This document shows, piece by piece, positions 60,710-64,000 of a DNA stretch of 64,000 bases. The stretch lies in contig JAOABQ010000100.1 of NCBI GenBank assembly GCA_026418275.1, positions 1-64,000 on the forward strand. Direction: 5' to 3'. Source of the stretch: Clostridia bacterium (GTDB lineage Bacteria; Bacillota; Clostridia; Acetivibrionales; DSM-2933). Each line of letters opens with the position of its first letter. Within the stretch, counting starts at the first letter, position 1. Under the pieces are notes generated by a model. The model worked only from the letters and a program-made list of their open reading frames with translations, was not told the origin of the DNA and ran no database searches. The translations under genes were made by a program, and so were the position numbers.

Positions 60710-61684
60710 TTATGTGTTTTGAGATTTATCAGGAATTATCCACTGGATAAAGCGGATGTAATATTTAGTAATGGGCAAAAATGTTGCTGCACTTAAAAGA
60801 TTGAATAGGGTATGGGTATTAGCTACTAATCGGGTATTGTCCTGACCTAAAAAATGAGTGATATGATACACTAAGTTTGAAAAGGGATAAAAAATAGCCA
60901 ATACGCTCATGGTGCCGATCACATTGTAGAGGGTATGCGCCCATGCGGTTCTGCGGGCCCCAAGTGTAGTACCGATGCTGGAAAGCTGAGCAGTAATGCA
61001 GGTTCCGATATTATCACCCAATGTCAAGCCCACTGCAGCTTCAAAGCCGATAAGGCCTGAGTTAAAGAGCACAATGGTAATGCCTACTGTTGCACTGCTG
61101 CTGTGAACCAGCATGGTTGTAAGCATACCCAGCACGACTCCGATATAGGGATTAGTTCCATATTCACGGAAGAGCCGGTATACAAATTCGCTTTCTCGAA
61201 TATAAGGGACTCCTGAACTTAAGATTCGAATTCCGATAAACATAAGTCCGAATCCCATAATGGCCTTGGCAATGTTTTTGGAGGAATCCCTTTTAAAGAA
61301 TAAGCGCATCAAAAGTCCGGCGGAAAATATAAAGGGAGCAAAATATGAAAGGTCAAAAGACATTAACTGTGCTGTGATGGTTGTACCGATATTTGCACCG
61401 TAAATAATTCCTACCGCCTGAGCCAGGGTTATAAGGCCGGAATTTACAAAACCGACGGTTAAAACGGTAATTGCCGTGCTGCTTTGTACCAGTGCTGTAG
61501 CAATTGTTCCTACAAGAAAAGCGGAAAATACGTTTTTAGTAAATAAACCTAATACTTTCTTCATGATTTTGACATTGGCTTTCTCAAGACCGTCACTTAA
61601 CATCCCAACGCCGTACATAAGCAAAACTACACCAACAATAAAGTTAAACAAAACAATAAAGAGTGGATTCATTTGTTTTTCCAT
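60710..61684 (-). CDS. Na/Pi-cotransporter family protein (PF02690; short form without PhoU-like C-terminus)
   Basis: Duplicated 'GANIGT' motifs, 324 aa. Confidence 0.7.
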   Translation of the reverse strand: MEKQMNPLFIVLFNFIVGVVLLMYGVGMLSDGLEKANVKIMKKVLGLFTKNVFSAFLVGTIATALVQSSTAITVLTVGFVNSGLITLAQAVGIIYGANIGTTITAQLMSFDLSYFAPFIFSAGLLMRLFFKRDSSKNIAKAIMGFGLMFIGIRILSSGVPYIRESEFVYRLFREYGTNPYIGVVLGMLTTMLVHSSSATVGITIVLFNSGLIGFEAAVGLTLGDNIGTCITAQLSSIGTTLGARRTAWAHTLYNVIGTMSVLAIFYPFSNLVYHITHFLGQDNTRLVANTHTLFNLLSAATFLPITKYYIRFIQWIIPDKSQNT

Positions 61685-61979
61685 TTCAGTTTTTTCTAAT
61701 AATAATGAATAGATCGGCTAGGGGCAAATTAGAACTGTTTTTAAAAGAAATAATTAAATCAATGCTGATTTATTGAAAAGGCTTAATTATCCCATAAGAA
61801 GTACATATGATAGTGATTTGGTTTATATAATTTACTATATTTTGTATAGGTAAAGGATTTTCTTGATTCGGACAATATTTTATTTTACAATATATGTGTT
61901 TGAAGTAAATGATATTTTGTAAGAATAAATAATTGATAAATGAGACTATACTATTAAATTTATAAAGGAGAAGCTGATT

Positions 61980-63185
61980 ATGCAAAAGATTAAAATGAAT
62001 GTTCCTCTTGTAGAGATGGATGGAGATGAAATGACGCGGATCATTTGGCAAAAGATCAAGGAGATTCTTTTAGAACCTTACATAGAGCTAAAAACAGAGT
62101 ACTATGATCTTGGTTTATCTAAAAGAGACGAAACCGACGATCAAATTACGGTAGATGCTGCAAATGCAATAAAGAAATACGGGGTTGGCGTAAAGTGTGC
62201 AACCATAACACCCAATGCACAGAGGGTGGAAGAATATAAATTGAAGCAAATGTGGAAGAGCCCCAACGGAACTATTAGGGCGATTTTAGACGGCACTGTT
62301 TTCCGTGCTCCGATTATTGTAGATAGTATTAAGCCGTCGGTAAGAACTTGGAAAAAGCCGATCACCATTGCAAGACATGCATATGGCGATGTATATAAGG
62401 ATGTTGAGTATCGTGTTGAAGGTCCCGGAAAGGCCGAATTGGTATTTACCTCTGCAAACGGTGAGGTTACGAAACAGACTCTTCACGATTTTAAGGGCTC
62501 GGGCGTTATGCTGGGAATGCACAATTTGGATAAATCCATAGAAAGCTTCGCAAGAGCATGTTTTAACTATGCATTGGACCAGAGACAGGATCTATGGTTT
62601 GCTACCAAAGATACGATTTCAAAGAAATACGATCATAATTTTAAGGACATTTTCCAGGAAGTATATGATAAAGAATACAAAGAAAAGTTTGAAGATGCCA
62701 AAATAGAATATTTCTATACCCTAATCGATGATGCTGTTGCGCGGATTATCCGTTCGGAAGGCGGTATGATCTGGGCTTGCAAAAATTATGACGGGGATGT
62801 TATGTCGGACATGGTTGCTACTGCGTTTGGAAGCTTGGCCATGATGACATCGGTACTCGTTTCACCGGATGGAAACTTTGAATACGAAGCTGCGCATGGA
62901 ACCGTAACAAGGCACTATTACAAACACCTGAAGGGTGAAGAAACATCCACAAACTCTATGGCTACTATCTTTGCATGGACAGGAGCGCTAAAAAAGCGTG
63001 GTGAACTGGACGGAATCAAAGAGCTTGTTGCATTTGCGGAAAAGCTGGAAAAAGCATCCATGCAGACCATTGAGAATGGGATTATGACAAAGGATTTGGC
63101 ACAGCTTTCTGAAGTAGAAAATAAAAAGATTGTCAATACCATTGATTTCTTAAAGGAAGTCAGAAATACGCTGGAAACCATGTAA
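61980..63185 (+). CDS. icd: NADP-dependent isocitrate dehydrogenase, eukaryote-like (subfamily II, ~400 aa)
   Basis: 'DEMTRIIW' N-terminus and the 'NYDGDVMSD' active-site motif. Confidence 0.85.
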   Translation: MQKIKMNVPLVEMDGDEMTRIIWQKIKEILLEPYIELKTEYYDLGLSKRDETDDQITVDAANAIKKYGVGVKCATITPNAQRVEEYKLKQMWKSPNGTIRAILDGTVFRAPIIVDSIKPSVRTWKKPITIARHAYGDVYKDVEYRVEGPGKAELVFTSANGEVTKQTLHDFKGSGVMLGMHNLDKSIESFARACFNYALDQRQDLWFATKDTISKKYDHNFKDIFQEVYDKEYKEKFEDAKIEYFYTLIDDAVARIIRSEGGMIWACKNYDGDVMSDMVATAFGSLAMMTSVLVSPDGNFEYEAAHGTVTRHYYKHLKGEETSTNSMATIFAWTGALKKRGELDGIKELVAFAEKLEKASMQTIENGIMTKDLAQLSEVENKKIVNTIDFLKEVRNTLETM

Positions 63186-63210
63186 AAATAATATATAAAG
63201 CAAATATATA

Positions 63211-63253
63211 AAAACAACAGTCTTTCCACATGAAGCAAAGACTGTTGTTTTTT
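63211..63253. terminator. bidirectional terminator between icd and spo0M-like gene
   Basis: aaaaacaacagtctt...aagactgttgttttt 15-bp stems. Confidence 0.8.
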
Positions 63254-63262
63254 AATTGCATC

Positions 63263-63970
63263 TTATAAGTACTGACCGATAACGCCACGGATATAATTTT
63301 CTATTGCATAGGGACCTTCTTGGAAAGCGTGAGCCGGAATATTCAAACGTACATGGCTTTCGTCCATATTCATGCTTTCCATTAAGAAGCCGGAGAGTCC
63401 TCGTGCTCTACGGTCGATTTCCATTAGGATTTCCACACCGTTATAATCGGCATAAAAAACACATTCCAATTCATCCAAATGGTATCTGTACTCTCCTGCG
63501 GGCTTGAATTCAAACTCCTGAATAAAGGGAACACGCCTTCCATAATGCTTGTTATAAAGGTTTTCGATTTTATTGGCCCTAAATCCCATGTTGCCTAACA
63601 CAGCAAAGATAGTGTCTACAAATGGATGGGGAAGAACATTCAAATAATCCTTATCGGATGGATCAAGTGCCATTTTTATATCTAAACCTGTTTGCAGCCA
63701 AACTGTATTTGGGGCAAGGAAAGGGGTTTCAAAGGGAATTGGAAATGCAAAAGGTATCTGTCTGACTTCCCTTGGGTTTAACATAAAACAAGCAGGAATC
63801 TCATGTTTCATGATGGTTACATTTTCTTTTACTTTGGTGTCATTGGTTTCACGGATGTAATAAGTCTTTAACTCAATATATATTTTGTCTATTTGCTGAC
63901 TTATTTTTCCTCCGGTAATATGAACGATTCCGGATACCTGGTCGCCTACTCTGACATTTGGGTTGTCCAA
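63263..63970 (-). CDS. Spo0M-like sporulation-control protein (arrestin-like fold)
   Basis: Resemblance to the Spo0M/PF07070 family; the family assignment is from memory only. Confidence 0.45.
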   Translation of the reverse strand: MDNPNVRVGDQVSGIVHITGGKISQQIDKIYIELKTYYIRETNDTKVKENVTIMKHEIPACFMLNPREVRQIPFAFPIPFETPFLAPNTVWLQTGLDIKMALDPSDKDYLNVLPHPFVDTIFAVLGNMGFRANKIENLYNKHYGRRVPFIQEFEFKPAGEYRYHLDELECVFYADYNGVEILMEIDRRARGLSGFLMESMNMDESHVRLNIPAHAFQEGPYAIENYIRGVIGQYL

Positions 63971-64000
63971 CCGCGCATCAACTTTAGCAGAGCCGATTCC

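Noticed and set aside
60710-61684. Na/Pi cotransporter as a pseudogene because it lacks a PhoU-like C-terminal half.
   Set aside because: The ORF is intact with a clean terminator downstream, and short forms of this family exist. No frameshift evidence is visible.

Overview
This 64-kb window looks like core chromosome from a low-GC, spore-forming member of the Clostridia, possibly thermophilic. About 60 tightly packed genes lie mostly on the + strand. Gene content is sporulation and housekeeping.

- **Sporulation genes:** spoIIAA-spoIIAB-sigF, spoVAC-spoVAD-spoVAEb, splB, a Spo0M-like gene and whiA.
- **Housekeeping genes:** the nfeD-flotillin pair, zapA, fprA, a PilZ protein, glnS, two tRNA-Gly, a membrane-bound pyrophosphatase, hprK plus a PHP phosphatase, murB, rapZ-yvcK-(glycogen-debranching-like)-whiA-ptsH, cheX, trmL, an M20 peptidase, pfk, yhbY, ilvA, a QueG-like protein, rplM-rpsI, tsaE-tsaB-rimI, a Lon-like AAA protease, sod, a LOG-family protein, the DUF39/NIL-ferredoxin homocysteine pair, an MFS transporter, proB, a membrane-anchored MutS-like ATPase, an HD hydrolase, a cNMP-binding/DUF2225 fusion, uppP, an aminotransferase, a Na/Pi cotransporter and a eukaryote-type NADP-IDH.

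I found no transposase, integrase, CRISPR array or recognisable defence island.

The most distinctive thing visible directly in the sequence is a set of dispersed, highly palindromic intergenic repeats of about 75-110 bp:
- **Family 1:** four copies of about 107 bp with ctagtgc/gcactag termini and two internal hairpins.
- **Family 2:** two copies of about 92 bp, each a long hairpin followed by a T-tract.
- **Family 3:** three copies of about 100 bp with tatagataacgaa/ttcgttatctata termini, plus one related 73-bp element. All lie immediately upstream of + strand genes.

Other points worth a second look are:
- a PFK with mixed ATP/PPi signature residues, next to a divergent M-PPase;
- a standalone Lon-like (AAA_32 + Lon_C) protease;
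- a MutS paralog with four transmembrane helices and no Smr domain;
- a GDE-family glucosidase inserted into the conserved rapZ-yvcK-whiA-ptsH cluster.

I could not identify one clearly novel multi-gene system. The repeat families and the orphan Lon-like, MutS-like and cNMP-DUF2225 genes are the best candidates.
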